A DNA stretch of 64,000 nucleotides from Rubripirellula sp. (GTDB lineage: Bacteria > Planctomycetota > Planctomycetia > Pirellulales > Pirellulaceae): positions 3,520,001 to 3,584,000 of the forward strand of contig OZ244207.1 in assembly GCA_965216875.1 (NCBI GenBank), read 5' to 3'. This document shows positions 47,946 through 58,696 of this stretch, one piece after another. Below the pieces are notes generated by a model. That model made no database searches. It was given only the letters and a program-made list of their open reading frames with translations, and had not been told where the DNA came from. The position numbers were made by a program, and so were the translations under genes. Position 1 is the stretch's first letter. Each line of letters opens with the position of its first letter.

Positions 47946-50900
47946 TCAAACCTGTTGAAGCTTCTTGGCCTTGCGTTCCATCATCTGCTCGAGCGTCTCG
48001 CTCTTGCCCTTCATTCCCTGCATGATGGTCAGCGGGTCAATCGCTTGCCATGCGGGCAGCTGGGCAAGCACGCCCGAAAGCACAAATCCGCTTCGGATCG
48101 CCCAGGCAACGTACCCAATCGTCACACTCGATGCCGCGGCGCCAGCAAGCCCGACCGCGATGATGTCTTGTTGAATGTGCGACTCAACTTTTGCTCGTTG
48201 TAGGTCCATGCCGTCCCACATTGCCCCAGACTGACTCATCAATTCGAAGTCGAGCTGCTGAAGCGCCGTCATCGCGACCTGCTCCTGAAGCGTAAGCTCA
48301 CTTTGAATGGAACGCGAGCCACCACCCGATTCGGTCGTGAGCGTGGTACGCCATTGATCAGCGATGTCAAAGTCGAAGCTCGTCGAGACCAAGAAGACAT
48401 CTTCGCCAGCCTTCGTCGGCAACAACACGAACAGCTCGTCATCGTCGTCATCGTTGGGAGAGCCAACCGCCCCCGAGCCACCGCTGCTCGAATCGGAACT
48501 GCCACCTGAACCGCTGTCGCTATCGGAATCCGAATCCGAATCGTCATCTGAATCGGAGTCATCATCGGAATCACCGTCGCCGTCGCCGTCGCCGTCATCA
48601 TCGGGATCGGGATCAGGGTCCGGGTCGGGATCAACATCGGGGTCGGGTGTCACAAAGATGGCCGGCTGGACGTCGATCGTGATCGTTCCCGTTCCACTGG
48701 GAACTGTCCCATCAAACGCATTCCACTGGAATGAGTCAGTCCCGACAAAGCCGTCATCAGGCGTGTAGGTAAAGGAACCGTTGCCATTGAGCGTCAACAC
48801 GCCGTTGGCTGTCGTCAGGACCAAACCAGCTGTCAACACATCGCCGTCGACATCCGACGCGAGTGAATTGAACAGGCCGGTGTTGACCGTCAGCGTGTTT
48901 CCGGTGACGACGGTCACCGTCGAGTTGGCAAGGGTCGGAGTGTCATTGGTACCGGTGATGGACGCGCCGAGTGCCCGCATCGCGCCACCGAAGGGACTCG
49001 ATGCGGTCGGTGTCGACGTATCGACCATCTGGCGAACTTGGGCACCCGCCGTAGTCGAGAATGCGCCGGCGTAGGAATCGTCCAGCCCACGCATCGCCAA
49101 TCCGTTCGGAGTGCCTGCAAAATCGGCGACGGGAACGAATCGCACAAGCGAAGCTGCGGCGATCGCAAGCCCATTGCCGCTGTCGTTGACCGAACCGATG
49201 TTGAACCAGTTCGTCCCGCCGTTGCTACTGTATTGCCAAACCCCTTGGCTTGATGCGTTTGCCGTGTTGCCAACCACCACCACTCCGGCAAACGACGCTC
49301 CGGCATCAGGATCCACAAACGAGCCGCCGAAGAGGGCTGCGATGGTGTTGCCGGCTGGATTGAAGTCATCTTCAACGGTGGGTGCTAAACCGGCGTTTCC
49401 AATCGTGGGGGCATCATTGATCGACGCCGCGTCCACCGACGTCCCCGAATTGATCGCCGCGCCACCGTCATCAACGGTGATCGTAAAGGTCGTCAGGACC
49501 GAACCGCCGACCCCCACCTGATTTTCGGTCGGCTCAAAGTTCAGCAGACGGATCGCCGTCTGAGCCGCCGCTGGCGTCGTCGATGCCAACGTGTATTCGC
49601 CGAATCCCGTTTTTGTGAATCCACTTGCAACCAGGGATGCGACGGTGAACCGCCCATTTGCATCACCACTGCTGAGTTGAACCACCACGGAAACATTGTC
49701 GCTCTCGGCGTCATTGATCGTGATCGTCGAAAACGGAGTGATCGTTTGGTTGTCGGCAACCAATTGCCCAGCAACATCTCCGCCAATCGTCGGCGCGGCA
49801 TTGGCCGTCACCGAAGTACTTAAGGTGGTCGTCGGATTACTGAACGCAGCTTGGCCAGTCGGCGTCGAAGTGTCGACCGTTTGCCGCGTCTGAGCACCTG
49901 CTGCGACGGAGAATGCGCCCCCATAGCTGTCGTCGAGACCGCGAACGACCAGGTTGGTGGGAACGCCATTGAAACCAAGCACGGGAACGAAACGAACGTG
50001 TGACGAAGCCGATACCGCCAGTCCGTTACCAACGTCGTCAACGGCTGCAATGTCGTGCCAGTTCGTACCGCCGTCGGTTGAATACTGCCAGCGTCCCTCG
50101 GTGACCGGGTTGGCCGCGTTGCCCACCACAACAATGCCGCTCAAAGATGATGAGGCATCGCCGTCGCTAAACCCACCACCAAACAGACTCGAAACGGTTG
50201 CCCCCGGTCCGTTCTGATCGTTTTGTGCGATCGCGGCAAGTGTCCCGCCCGTCATCGTCGGCGCGTCGTTGACACTCGTGGCCGTCACGTCAGTCGTTGA
50301 GTCGGCCGTTGGTCCCGTGCCATCGTCGACCGTGATCGTGAACGTCGTGACCACGGTTGATCCCGCAGCCACTTGATTCTCGGTTGGATCAAAAACCAAT
50401 TGGCGAATCGCCGTTTGTGCTGCTGCCGTGGTCGTCGATGCGAGCGTGTATTCACCAACGCCGGTCTTTGTGAAACCACTGGCGACCAACGAAGCAGCCG
50501 TGAATTGGCCGTTGGCGTCTCCGCCCGAAAGGGTCACCACCACCGAAACGTTGTCGGCATCGACATCGCCAATCGTCACACTGGCAAACGGAGTCCCCGT
50601 TGCATCGTCGTCGATCGAAATGTCACCGACGCCACCGATGGTCGCCAAGTCGTTTTGGGCGTTGACCGTAGTGGTAATCGTTGCCGTTGGATTACTGAAC
50701 GAAGCGGTCGCTGTCGGCGTCGACGTGTCGAGCATTTGACGCGTTTCTGCACCAGCCGTTGTCGAGAAGGCGCCACCGTAAGTATCGTCTAATCCTCGAA
50801 CGACCAAGTTCGTCGGAGCGCCGTTGAAGTCGCCCACAGGAACAAAGCGAATCATCGAACCAGCTGCGATCACCAAGCCATTGCCAGTGTCGTTGACTGT

Positions 50901-53900
50901 GCCAATGTCAAACCAATTCGCACCACCGTTACTGGAGTATTGCCAGGCGCCTTCGGTCGTCGGATTGGCAGCATTGCCAACCACGGCGATACCCGCGAAG
51001 CTCGACGAGGCATCAGCATCACTGAACGCCGCGCCAAGCAAGTTGGTGACGGTGTCGCCGGCAGGGTTGGTGTTGTCTTCATTGATCGCCGCAAGAGTCC
51101 CGCCTGTCATCGTCGGTGCGTCGTTGACACTCGTGGCCGTCACGTCGGTCGTTGAGTCGGCTGTTTGTCCCGTGCCGTCATCAACCGTAATCGTGAACGT
51201 TGTGACTACGGTTGATCCCGCAGCCACTTGATTCTCGGTTGGATCAAAAACCAGTTGTCGAATCGCAGTTTGAGCTGCTGCCGTGGTCGTCGATGCAAGG
51301 GTGTATTCACCGACGCCCGTCTGAGTGAAGCCACTAGCGACTAGCGAAGCAGCCGTGAATTGCCCGTTGGCGTCGCCTCCAGAAAGCGTTACGACCACCG
51401 AAACGTTATCGGCATCGACATCGCCAATCGTAACACTGGCAAACGGAGTCCCCGTCGCGTCATCGTCAATCGAAATGTCACCGACGCCGCCGATGGTCGC
51501 CAAGTCATTTTGGGCGTTGACGGTTGTTGTAATCGTCGCCGTTGGATTACTGAACGAAGAGGTCGCCGTTGGAGTCGACGTGTCGAGCATTTGCCGCGTT
51601 TCTGCACCAGCCGTTGTCGAGAAGGCGCCACCGTAAGTATCGTCTAATCCTCGAACGACCAAGTTCGTCGGAGCGCCGTTGAAGTCGCCCACAGGAACAA
51701 AGCGAATCATCGAACCAGCTGCGATCACCAAGCCATTGCCAGTGTCGTTGACTGTGCCAATGTCAAACCAATTCGCACCACCGTTACTGGAGTATTGCCA
51801 GGCGCCTTCGGTCGTCGGATTGGCAGCATTGCCAACCACGGCGATACCCGCGAAGCTCGACGAGGCATCAGCATCACTGAACGCCGCGCCAAGCAAGTTG
51901 GTGACGGTGTCGCCGGCAGGGTTGGTGTTGTCTTCATTGATCGCCGCAAGAGTCCCGCCTGTCATCGTCGGTGCGTCGTTGACACTCGTGGCCGTCACGT
52001 CGGTCGTTGAGTCGGCTGTTTGTCCCGTGCCGTCATCAACCGTAATCGTGAACGTTGTGACTACGGTTGATCCCGCAGCCACTTGATTCTCGGTTGGATC
52101 AAAAACCAGTTGTCGAATCGCAGTTTGAGCTGCTGCCGTGGTCGTCGATGCAAGGGTGTATTCACCGACGCCCGTCTGAGTGAAGCCACTAGCGACTAGC
52201 GAAGCAGCCGTGAATTGCCCGTTGGCGTCTCCGCCCGAAAGGGTCACCACCACCGAAACGTTATCGGCATCAACGTCGCCAATCGTCACGCTGGCAAACG
52301 GAGTCCCCGTTGCATCATCGTCGATCGAAATGTCACCGACGCCGCCGATTGTGGGCAACGTGTTTCCTGCCGCGTTGACGGTGGTCGACAGCGTATTGGT
52401 CGCGTTGCCAAACGGCGAAGTCGCAAGTGGAGTGGACGTGTCGACCGTTTGACGAGTTTCTGCGCCGGCTGTGGTGGAAAAGGCGCCGGCAAAGGAATCA
52501 TCGAGGACGCGAATGACGAGTGCTGGCGGGTTTCCGTTGTAACCCGTAACTGGCAGAAATCGAACGAGGGTTGCGGCCGAGATTGACAGACCATTGCCAG
52601 CGTCATCGACCGTACCGATGTCGAACCAGTTCGTGCCACCGTTGCTTGAATATTGCCACGCACCTTCGGTCACGGGATTGGCCGTATTCCCGACGACCAC
52701 CATGCCGCTCAAGCTCGCCGCCGTGTCGCTGTCGGTGAGTGTGCCACTAAAGAGCGAGTCGACGCTCGCCCCTGGCGGATTGGTATCGTCCTGGTTGATG
52801 GCAGCAAGGTTTGCATTGCTGGCCGAGGGTGCATCGTTGACACTCGCAACCGTCACGTCCGTGTTGCTGTTGCCCACGCCACCAGTGCCATCGTCCGCGA
52901 TGATCGTGAACGTGCTAACAACGTTTTGTCCTGATGCGACTTGGTTCTCAGTTGGGTCGAACACAAGCGCACGAATCGAAGCCTGAGCGACCGACGTGGT
53001 ACTTGATCCAAGGTCGTAGACACCGGCGCCTGTTTTCGTGAAACCGCTCGCGATCAGCGAAGCGGCTGTGAATTGCCCGTTCGCGTCACCGCCGCTAATG
53101 ATGACTTGAAGCGTGACGTTTTCGCCGTCAGCCTCGCCGATAGTGACTGTCGAGAACGGGTTTAGCGTCGCATTGTCGTCGATATTCGCATCCGCTGTGT
53201 TATCGATTGCGGCTGGGTCGTTGACAGGCGTGATGGTGGTCGACAGGTTGACTGTCGAATTGCTAAATGAGCTGGTCGCTGTTGGGGTCGATGTGTCAAA
53301 CGTTTGACGGACCTCGGCTCCCGAAGTTGTCGAAAAACTACCGCCATAAGTATCGTCCAAACCTCGAACGACAAGGTCTGCAGGTGCTCCGTTGAAGTCT
53401 TCGACAGACAGAAAACGCAACGACGAACCTGCCGCGATCACGAGGGCGTTGCCGGTGTCGTCGACGCTGCCGATATCCCGCCAACTCGTGCCGCCATCGC
53501 TGGAGTATTGCCAGACACCTTGAGTGGTCGGGTTGGCAGTGTTTCCAACCACGGCGATTCCCAAAAAGCTTGACGTCGCATCGGCATCCGCAAAACCTGC
53601 GCCGAACAGATTGGTCACCGTTTCGCCAAAGGAATTGGTCGTATCCTCGAGTACCGCAGCAAGCACCGCACCGGTCATCGTCGGGGCGTCATTGATACTC
53701 GTGGCCGTAACATCGGTCTGGCTGTCGCCCGTGTTGCTCGTGCCATCGCCAACGGTCAAGGCGAACTTCGTCGCGACGTTGCTTCCCGCGGCAACTTGAT
53801 TTTCGGTTGGATCAAAGACGAGCTGACGAATCGCTGCTTGGGCGGTGGCAGCGTCTGTCGAGGCGAGGCTGTATTGCCCAACTCCGGTCTTCGTAAAGCC

Positions 53901-56900
53901 ACTTGCCACTAAGGAAGCGCTGGTGAACAGACCGTTGTCGTCACCGCCGATCAGGTTGATCACGATCGAGACGTTGTCGCCGTCGGCATCATCGATCGTC
54001 ACCGACGTAAAGGGAGCGACGGTCGCGTTGTCATCAACAGCCGAGTCGCCCGTCCCACCGATTTGCGGCAGATCGTTTTGGGCGGTGATCGATGTCGAGA
54101 GCGTCGTCGTGGCAACGCTAAACGCCCCGCTCGCCGTTGGCGTCGACGTGTCAAGCATCTGACGGGTCTCGGCACCCGCTGTCGTCGAAAAGCTGCCTGC
54201 ATAGGTGTTGTCCAAAGCACGCAGGGTCAAGTCGGTCGACGTTCCATTGAAATTGGCGACGGGCAAAAAACGAACCAAGGTGCTGGCGGACAAAGTCAAC
54301 GCATTGCCGGAATCATTGACCGACCCGATCGCGAACCAGTTCGTCCCGCCATTACTCGAGTACTGCCACGCTCCCTCGGTTGTCGGATTCGCAGTATTTC
54401 CAACCACCGCCACACCGCTCATGCTTGACGTCATGTCGGCGTCAGAAAACCCGCCGCCAAACAAGTTGCTGATCGTGTCGCCGGCGGGATCGGTATCGTC
54501 TTCATTGACCGCCGTCAGATTGCCTGTCGTCACGGTTGGCGCGTCATTCACACTGGTCGCCGTCAAGTCGGTCGAGTTGTCGTTGACCGGACCGCCCCCA
54601 TCATCAACGCTGATCGTAAACGTGGTGAAGACGTTCGAACCGACCGTGACTTGGTTTTCCGTCGGATCAAAGACGAGCTGACGAATGGCGGTTTGAGCCG
54701 AAGCTGCCGTCGTCGAACTGAGCGTGTATTGGCCGAGCCCGGTTTTCGAAAAACCACTCGCAACCAAAGACGCGGCCGAGAATTGGCCGTTGCTGTCACC
54801 ACTGCTGACGGTGACCACGACCGTCACGTTGTCGCCATCGGCATCTGCAATCGTGACCGCGGAAAAGAGCGTTGAGGTTTCGTTGTCATTGATCGCGTCG
54901 TCCGCTGCGCCACCAATCACGGGCGCGTCGTTTTGCGCCGTCACGCTGGTTCCCAAAGTCACCGCAGGGTTGCTAAAAGGCGATGTCGCTGCCGGCGTTC
55001 CCGTATCAAGCGTTTGGCGCACCTCGGCGCCAGCGGTCGTTGAAAAGGAGCCCGCATAGCTGTCGTCTAACCCGCGGACCGAAATCTGTGTCGGTGTGCC
55101 GTTGAAATGTTCGGCCGGTAAAAACCGAATCGACGATGCCGCGGCGATCACCAATCCGCTGCCCGAGTCATTGACCGTCCCAATGTCAAACCAGTTGGTG
55201 CCGCCATTGCTGGTGTATTGCCAAAGCCCCTCGGTTGTCGGATTTGCGGTGTTGGCGACCACCACGACTCCGCTAAGCGAAGAGGACGTATCGGCGTCGC
55301 TGAAGCCACCACCGAACAGACTTGTGATGGTTGCTCCGGGTGGATTGGTCGCGTCTTCCAAGATCGAAGCAAGGTTGTTTGCCGTGATCGTCGGCGCGTC
55401 GTTGACGCTGTTGACCGTAAGATTCAGCGAATCGAATGCCGGTGCCGTTCCGTCGTTGACGGAAACGGTAAAGGTGGTGACGACATTGGATCCGGCTGCG
55501 GCTTGGTTTTCGGTGGGGTCAAACACGAGTTGGCGGATCGCCGATTGTGCTGCCGCTGGCAGCGCCCCGGTCAGGCTGTATTGGCCGGCGCCCACCTTGG
55601 AAAAACCACTCGCACTCAACGACGCCGCAGTGAAGACTCCGTTGGCGTCACCACCGGAAAGGCTGATGTTGACCGTCAGGTTGTCGTTGTTCCCGTCGGT
55701 CAGTGTGGTTGCAGCAAAAGGATTGACCGTCGCGTTGTCGCCGATCGTGTCGTCCGGCATTCCCCCAATGACCGGTGCAACATTTGGCGGCGCGCCGTCG
55801 TGCTCGATTTGCACGTTGTCAATGAAGAGGTAGTCGTTGCCCTGATTAAAACCGCTGGTGTTAAAACGCAAACGCGTGTCGTTGTCGATGTAGGCGGTCA
55901 AGTCAATGTTGCCGCTGCCGGTCATCACACCATCGGCGCCAAGGTTATTCAAAACGCCTGGCCCCACTTCGTTCCAAACGCCGCCCCCGTCGGTCGAAAT
56001 CTCGATCATCGCTGTGTCACCAGCTTCGGTATCGATCCGAGCGAAGTCGAAGGTCAACGTTGCGTACGTAGCACCGGTCAGGTCCACTTCCCGCCAGATC
56101 GTATTGGTGCGTCCGATGAAAAGGCCATCATTGCCCAACGTGTTCCCAACATAAATCGTTCCAACCGTCGGCCCATTTCCCTCCGTATCTTCTTGCCAGT
56201 CGTTCGCCCAGTTCTGCGTTCCGTCGTTGTTGTCAAAGGCCGTTGCATTGAACTCATCGCGAACCGTTTCAATCGGCAGCAGGTTGACCCAATTGGCCTG
56301 GAGCGTCTGAGAAAAAGCGATTTCCGTTTCGATCGAACCAACGGCGAATTCAAGATCCCAGTCGCCACCCAACGTTGCGTGCCCGGTGTCGTCCGAACTG
56401 GCCGCGACATCCGCCCCAGTCAGTGCAGCCAGCGAGTGGGTGAATTGTTGCCCGGATGGAGTCTCCGCGAAGTCGCAACCGTAAATCAGAATGTCGGCAC
56501 TCGCGGTTAGCGCTGATTGCCAACTCGCGATCTGGCCGGCATAGCCATCCAATTGGCCGTCGCCGAGCAACGTGTTGCCGAGCTTGAGCGAGTCGCCAGT
56601 CGAGTGCGAAACGAGATGCAGTGAAGCGATGTCGCTGCGTCCGTCCAAGATCTCGGTGATCTGGTCGACGCCGTCGCGATCCGAATCGAGTACGAAGACT
56701 TCGAGGTTGCGAGTCGACGCATGCAGGTCATCGAGCAGTTGCTCGAGGTCGTTGACCGATCCATCGATGACCACAAGCTCTTTCGGGGCAACTTGCACGA
56801 GTGTAGGGGTTTGCCCTGAGAAGTCGACGTCCGAATCCTCTGGCGGCGCAATCGCCTCGTCAGCAACACCAAGGGCTCCGTCACCGCCAGCCATCATCGC

Positions 56901-57065
56901 CGGGTCGATTGGCGTGGCACTAAAGAGGATGCGTGGCTCGAGTGCGTCGAGTTCAAGCGAATCGGAAGGTCCGGGGGCACTTCGCAAGGCGCGCACCGCG
57001 ATCGTTGTCACGGCATCGGCCGAGATCAAACAGTGTTGCCAGAGATTGTGTGCCCAGTTGCGCAT
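47946..57065 (-). CDS. Giant surface adhesin (LEPR-XLL motif, DUF4347, eight repeats of about 285 aa, Ig/cadherin-like domain, Asp/Ser tract, C-terminal membrane region)
   Basis: 3039 aa; LEPRILFSA; DILIYGCD...TGADVAASSDDTG..GGDWDLE; NDAP repeats; GSFTYTP; GYVAW...PAWQAIDPL. Confidence 0.92.
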   Translation of the reverse strand: MRNWAHNLWQHCLISADAVTTIAVRALRSAPGPSDSLELDALEPRILFSATPIDPAMMAGGDGALGVADEAIAPPEDSDVDFSGQTPTLVQVAPKELVVIDGSVNDLEQLLDDLHASTRNLEVFVLDSDRDGVDQITEILDGRSDIASLHLVSHSTGDSLKLGNTLLGDGQLDGYAGQIASWQSALTASADILIYGCDFAETPSGQQFTHSLAALTGADVAASSDDTGHATLGGDWDLEFAVGSIETEIAFSQTLQANWVNLLPIETVRDEFNATAFDNNDGTQNWANDWQEDTEGNGPTVGTIYVGNTLGNDGLFIGRTNTIWREVDLTGATYATLTFDFARIDTEAGDTAMIEISTDGGGVWNEVGPGVLNNLGADGVMTGSGNIDLTAYIDNDTRLRFNTSGFNQGNDYLFIDNVQIEHDGAPPNVAPVIGGMPDDTIGDNATVNPFAATTLTDGNNDNLTVNISLSGGDANGVFTAASLSASGFSKVGAGQYSLTGALPAAAQSAIRQLVFDPTENQAAAGSNVVTTFTVSVNDGTAPAFDSLNLTVNSVNDAPTITANNLASILEDATNPPGATITSLFGGGFSDADTSSSLSGVVVVANTANPTTEGLWQYTSNGGTNWFDIGTVNDSGSGLVIAAASSIRFLPAEHFNGTPTQISVRGLDDSYAGSFSTTAGAEVRQTLDTGTPAATSPFSNPAVTLGTSVTAQNDAPVIGGAADDAINDNETSTLFSAVTIADADGDNVTVVVTVSSGDSNGQFSAASLVASGFSKTGLGQYTLSSTTAASAQTAIRQLVFDPTENQVTVGSNVFTTFTISVDDGGGPVNDNSTDLTATSVNDAPTVTTGNLTAVNEDDTDPAGDTISNLFGGGFSDADMTSSMSGVAVVGNTANPTTEGAWQYSSNGGTNWFAIGSVNDSGNALTLSASTLVRFLPVANFNGTSTDLTLRALDNTYAGSFSTTAGAETRQMLDTSTPTASGAFSVATTTLSTSITAQNDLPQIGGTGDSAVDDNATVAPFTSVTIDDADGDNVSIVINLIGGDDNGLFTSASLVASGFTKTGVGQYSLASTDAATAQAAIRQLVFDPTENQVAAGSNVATKFALTVGDGTSNTGDSQTDVTATSINDAPTMTGAVLAAVLEDTTNSFGETVTNLFGAGFADADATSSFLGIAVVGNTANPTTQGVWQYSSDGGTSWRDIGSVDDTGNALVIAAGSSLRFLSVEDFNGAPADLVVRGLDDTYGGSFSTTSGAEVRQTFDTSTPTATSSFSNSTVNLSTTITPVNDPAAIDNTADANIDDNATLNPFSTVTIGEADGENVTLQVIISGGDANGQFTAASLIASGFTKTGAGVYDLGSSTTSVAQASIRALVFDPTENQVASGQNVVSTFTIIADDGTGGVGNSNTDVTVASVNDAPSASNANLAAINQDDTNPPGASVDSLFSGTLTDSDTAASLSGMVVVGNTANPVTEGAWQYSSNGGTNWFDIGTVDDAGNGLSISAATLVRFLPVTGYNGNPPALVIRVLDDSFAGAFSTTAGAETRQTVDTSTPLATSPFGNATNTLSTTVNAAGNTLPTIGGVGDISIDDDATGTPFASVTIGDVDADNVSVVVTLSGGDANGQFTAASLVASGFTQTGVGEYTLASTTTAAAQTAIRQLVFDPTENQVAAGSTVVTTFTITVDDGTGQTADSTTDVTATSVNDAPTMTGGTLAAINEDNTNPAGDTVTNLLGAAFSDADASSSFAGIAVVGNAANPTTEGAWQYSSNGGANWFDIGTVNDTGNGLVIAAGSMIRFVPVGDFNGAPTNLVVRGLDDTYGGAFSTTAGAETRQMLDTSTPTATSSFSNPTATITTTVNAQNDLATIGGVGDISIDDDATGTPFASVTIGDVDADNVSVVVTLSGGDANGQFTAASLVASGFTQTGVGEYTLASTTTAAAQTAIRQLVFDPTENQVAAGSTVVTTFTITVDDGTGQTADSTTDVTATSVNDAPTMTGGTLAAINEDNTNPAGDTVTNLLGAAFSDADASSSFAGIAVVGNAANPTTEGAWQYSSNGGANWFDIGTVNDTGNGLVIAAGSMIRFVPVGDFNGAPTNLVVRGLDDTYGGAFSTTAGAETRQMLDTSTPTATASFSNPTATITTTVNAQNDLATIGGVGDISIDDDATGTPFASVTIGDVDADNVSVVVTLSGGDANGQFTAASLVASGFTKTGVGEYTLASTTTAAAQTAIRQLVFDPTENQVAAGSTVVTTFTITVDDGTGPTADSTTDVTATSVNDAPTMTGGTLAAIAQNDQNGPGATVSSLFGGGFSDGDASSSLSGIVVVGNAANPVTEGRWQYSTDGGTNWHDIAAVDDVGNGLAVSASSHVRFVPVLGFNGVPTNLVVRGLDDSYGGAFSVAAGAQTRQTVDTSTPTGQAAFSNPTTTLSTSVTANAAPTIGGDVAGQLVADNQTITPFSTITINDAESDNVSVVVQLSSGDANGRFTVASLVASGFTKTGFGEYTLASTTPAAAQTAIRLLNFEPTENQVGVGGSVLTTFTITVDDGGAAINSGTSVDAASINDAPTIGNAGLAPTVEDDFNPAGNTIAALFGGSFVDPDAGASFAGVVVVGNTANASSQGVWQYSSNGGTNWFNIGSVNDSGNGLAIAAASLVRFVPVADFAGTPNGLAMRGLDDSYAGAFSTTAGAQVRQMVDTSTPTASSPFGGAMRALGASITGTNDTPTLANSTVTVVTGNTLTVNTGLFNSLASDVDGDVLTAGLVLTTANGVLTLNGNGSFTYTPDDGFVGTDSFQWNAFDGTVPSGTGTITIDVQPAIFVTPDPDVDPDPDPDPDPDDDGDGDGDGDSDDDSDSDDDSDSDSDSDSGSGGSSDSSSGGSGAVGSPNDDDDDELFVLLPTKAGEDVFLVSTSFDFDIADQWRTTLTTESGGGSRSIQSELTLQEQVAMTALQQLDFELMSQSGAMWDGMDLQRAKVESHIQQDIIAVGLAGAAASSVTIGYVAWAIRSGFVLSGVLAQLPAWQAIDPLTIMQGMKGKSETLEQMMERKAKKLQQV

Positions 57066-57273
57066 TGGGGAAATCGCAATAAAAACGGGGACTTTTGCCC
57101 ACCGTTGAAACGTACGACATTCGGGTGGCTCGCGAGGTCACCGGTGGGATGGCAAGAGTGACAAACCGAATCGGTTGTTCCGATCGAATCGATTTCAGCG
57201 ACAACTGCCCATCCACAGGATGGGATCAAAACGATTGAGTAATGCCCATTCCTATGAGACTAGGCTTCGAAAA

Positions 57274-57525
57274 CACTCTCCCTTGGGAGAGTCGGGCTCT
57301 AAGGCCCGGAGAGGGTCTTTTGCAACGGTTCATTCCCTCCCCGGACTTTGCGTCCGACCCTCCCGCAAGCGGGAGGGTGATTGTTGGAGCGCGCGTTAAC
57401 CTGGGCAAGCACTTCACCGTAACTCCAATCCGTGGCGTCAGCCGCCGGTACTGCGACAGTCCGCCGAGTTCATAGAGCCGGGAATTCGAGTACGAGTACC
57501 GCTCTGCTGAGTACGAGCACGAGCT
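57274..57525. repeat. REP/MITE-like palindrome (57274-57380) and a gagtacgagtaccgctctgctgagtacgag repeat (also at about 60457 and inverted at about 61080)
   Basis: Direct comparison of copies within the window. Confidence 0.75.
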
Positions 57526-57865
57526 CGAGAAAGAACCAATAGGCACGAACCACAAACATGAGCGGCTTCGACGCTCACCGCCAGTACTACGAGCGTCGTG
57601 CCCCGCTCCTTTGCGCATCAACATCGCCACCTCGCGCGACGCGAATCATCCGCATAACCCGAATGCATCCAGTGGCTTTAGCGAGCCCCCTAAGTGGCCA
57701 TTTGTAAACGACCGCTACAACCGTCACCAATGACTATTAAGAAAACCCGATTTTCGCAAAGTGGTTTTGCCAACACTCTTTTTGCGCGCACTCAGGGTTT
57801 TCTCCCATAGAGTTCGTTCTGTCGAGTCAGGCCAGCAGGCCGATTCGCGCGTAACTTTATCCCGG

Positions 57866-57942
57866 ATGATAAAGGCAAACCGCATGTGAGTGCGGGACGC
57901 AAAGCCATGGGTCCGATGAATGTCGGATCGCCAGGTTGCCGC
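57866..57942 (+). ncRNA. Cyclic di-GMP-I (GEMM) riboswitch
   Basis: AAAGGCAAACC-stem-GTGA tetraloop-stem-GGGACGCAAAGCC..GGTCC...GGATCGCCAGGTTGCC matches the GEMM consensus; 56 nt upstream of an ATG. Confidence 0.9.
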
Positions 57943-57998
57943 GTGAGTGAGCTTTCTGACTTCGACACTCGTCCGCTACTCAAATCCGGGAAAGTCTG

Positions 57999-58640
57999 AT
58001 GAAGATCGCTACCGTTGCGCGCATGTCGAATCTGCGTGCTCACTGTGTCCGTGCCGCTGTTCTTTTCGCAACGGTTTCATGTTCGGTTTGCTTCGCGAGC
58101 GAACCTCAAATCTATTTGATCGAAGAAGATTGGGAGTTGACGGTCAACGACCCCGATCCCATTTGTAACTCACCGCAAATCACCTTCTTCACTTCGCCGA
58201 CCGCGTCGGAATCCGATTACTTCCAACTGCAAATCAACTACGCCGCCGATGACGAGTTCTCCAGCGGCGGGTTTCATGTCGCTGCGTTTCGCCACGACGC
58301 GATGGTCGATGAAGCTCGCAGCTATACACGCAAAGTCCTTTCCACCGATGGCGATTTGATTCGTTGGACCAACGTGATGGCGGTCTTTGATCACAAACTT
58401 CACTTCGCCGTTTCCAATGGCGATGGCCAGGAATGGGGAAGCTTTGGCGGACCGGAATACCTGGTCCGTATGCATGCCGAAAACGTTTCGAATCTCTCGC
58501 AGTACCATCCGCAAAAGAGCCTCGATGCCGTTGACATTGGTTTTGGCGCCAACCGCGTCGAATCCTTGGTGCTGGCACGTGTGCGATTGGTCTATACCGA
58601 TGGCAACATCGTCACGATCCCCGTCAACATGAGTCCTTGA
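57999..58640 (+). CDS. Secreted hypothetical protein (first gene downstream of the riboswitch)
   Basis: Signal-peptide-like N-terminus; IEEDWEL..PQI motif; beta-rich. Confidence 0.7.
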   Translation: MKIATVARMSNLRAHCVRAAVLFATVSCSVCFASEPQIYLIEEDWELTVNDPDPICNSPQITFFTSPTASESDYFQLQINYAADDEFSSGGFHVAAFRHDAMVDEARSYTRKVLSTDGDLIRWTNVMAVFDHKLHFAVSNGDGQEWGSFGGPEYLVRMHAENVSNLSQYHPQKSLDAVDIGFGANRVESLVLARVRLVYTDGNIVTIPVNMSP

Positions 58641-58696
58641 GTCGCCGCGTCTGGCTTCACTCATCGACTTGCGAAACACCCAAGGGAGACTTCGTG

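Noticed and set aside
48520..48650. Short tandem repeats
   Set aside because: They encode the Asp-Pro, Asp-Gly and Asp-Ser low-complexity linker of the adhesin.
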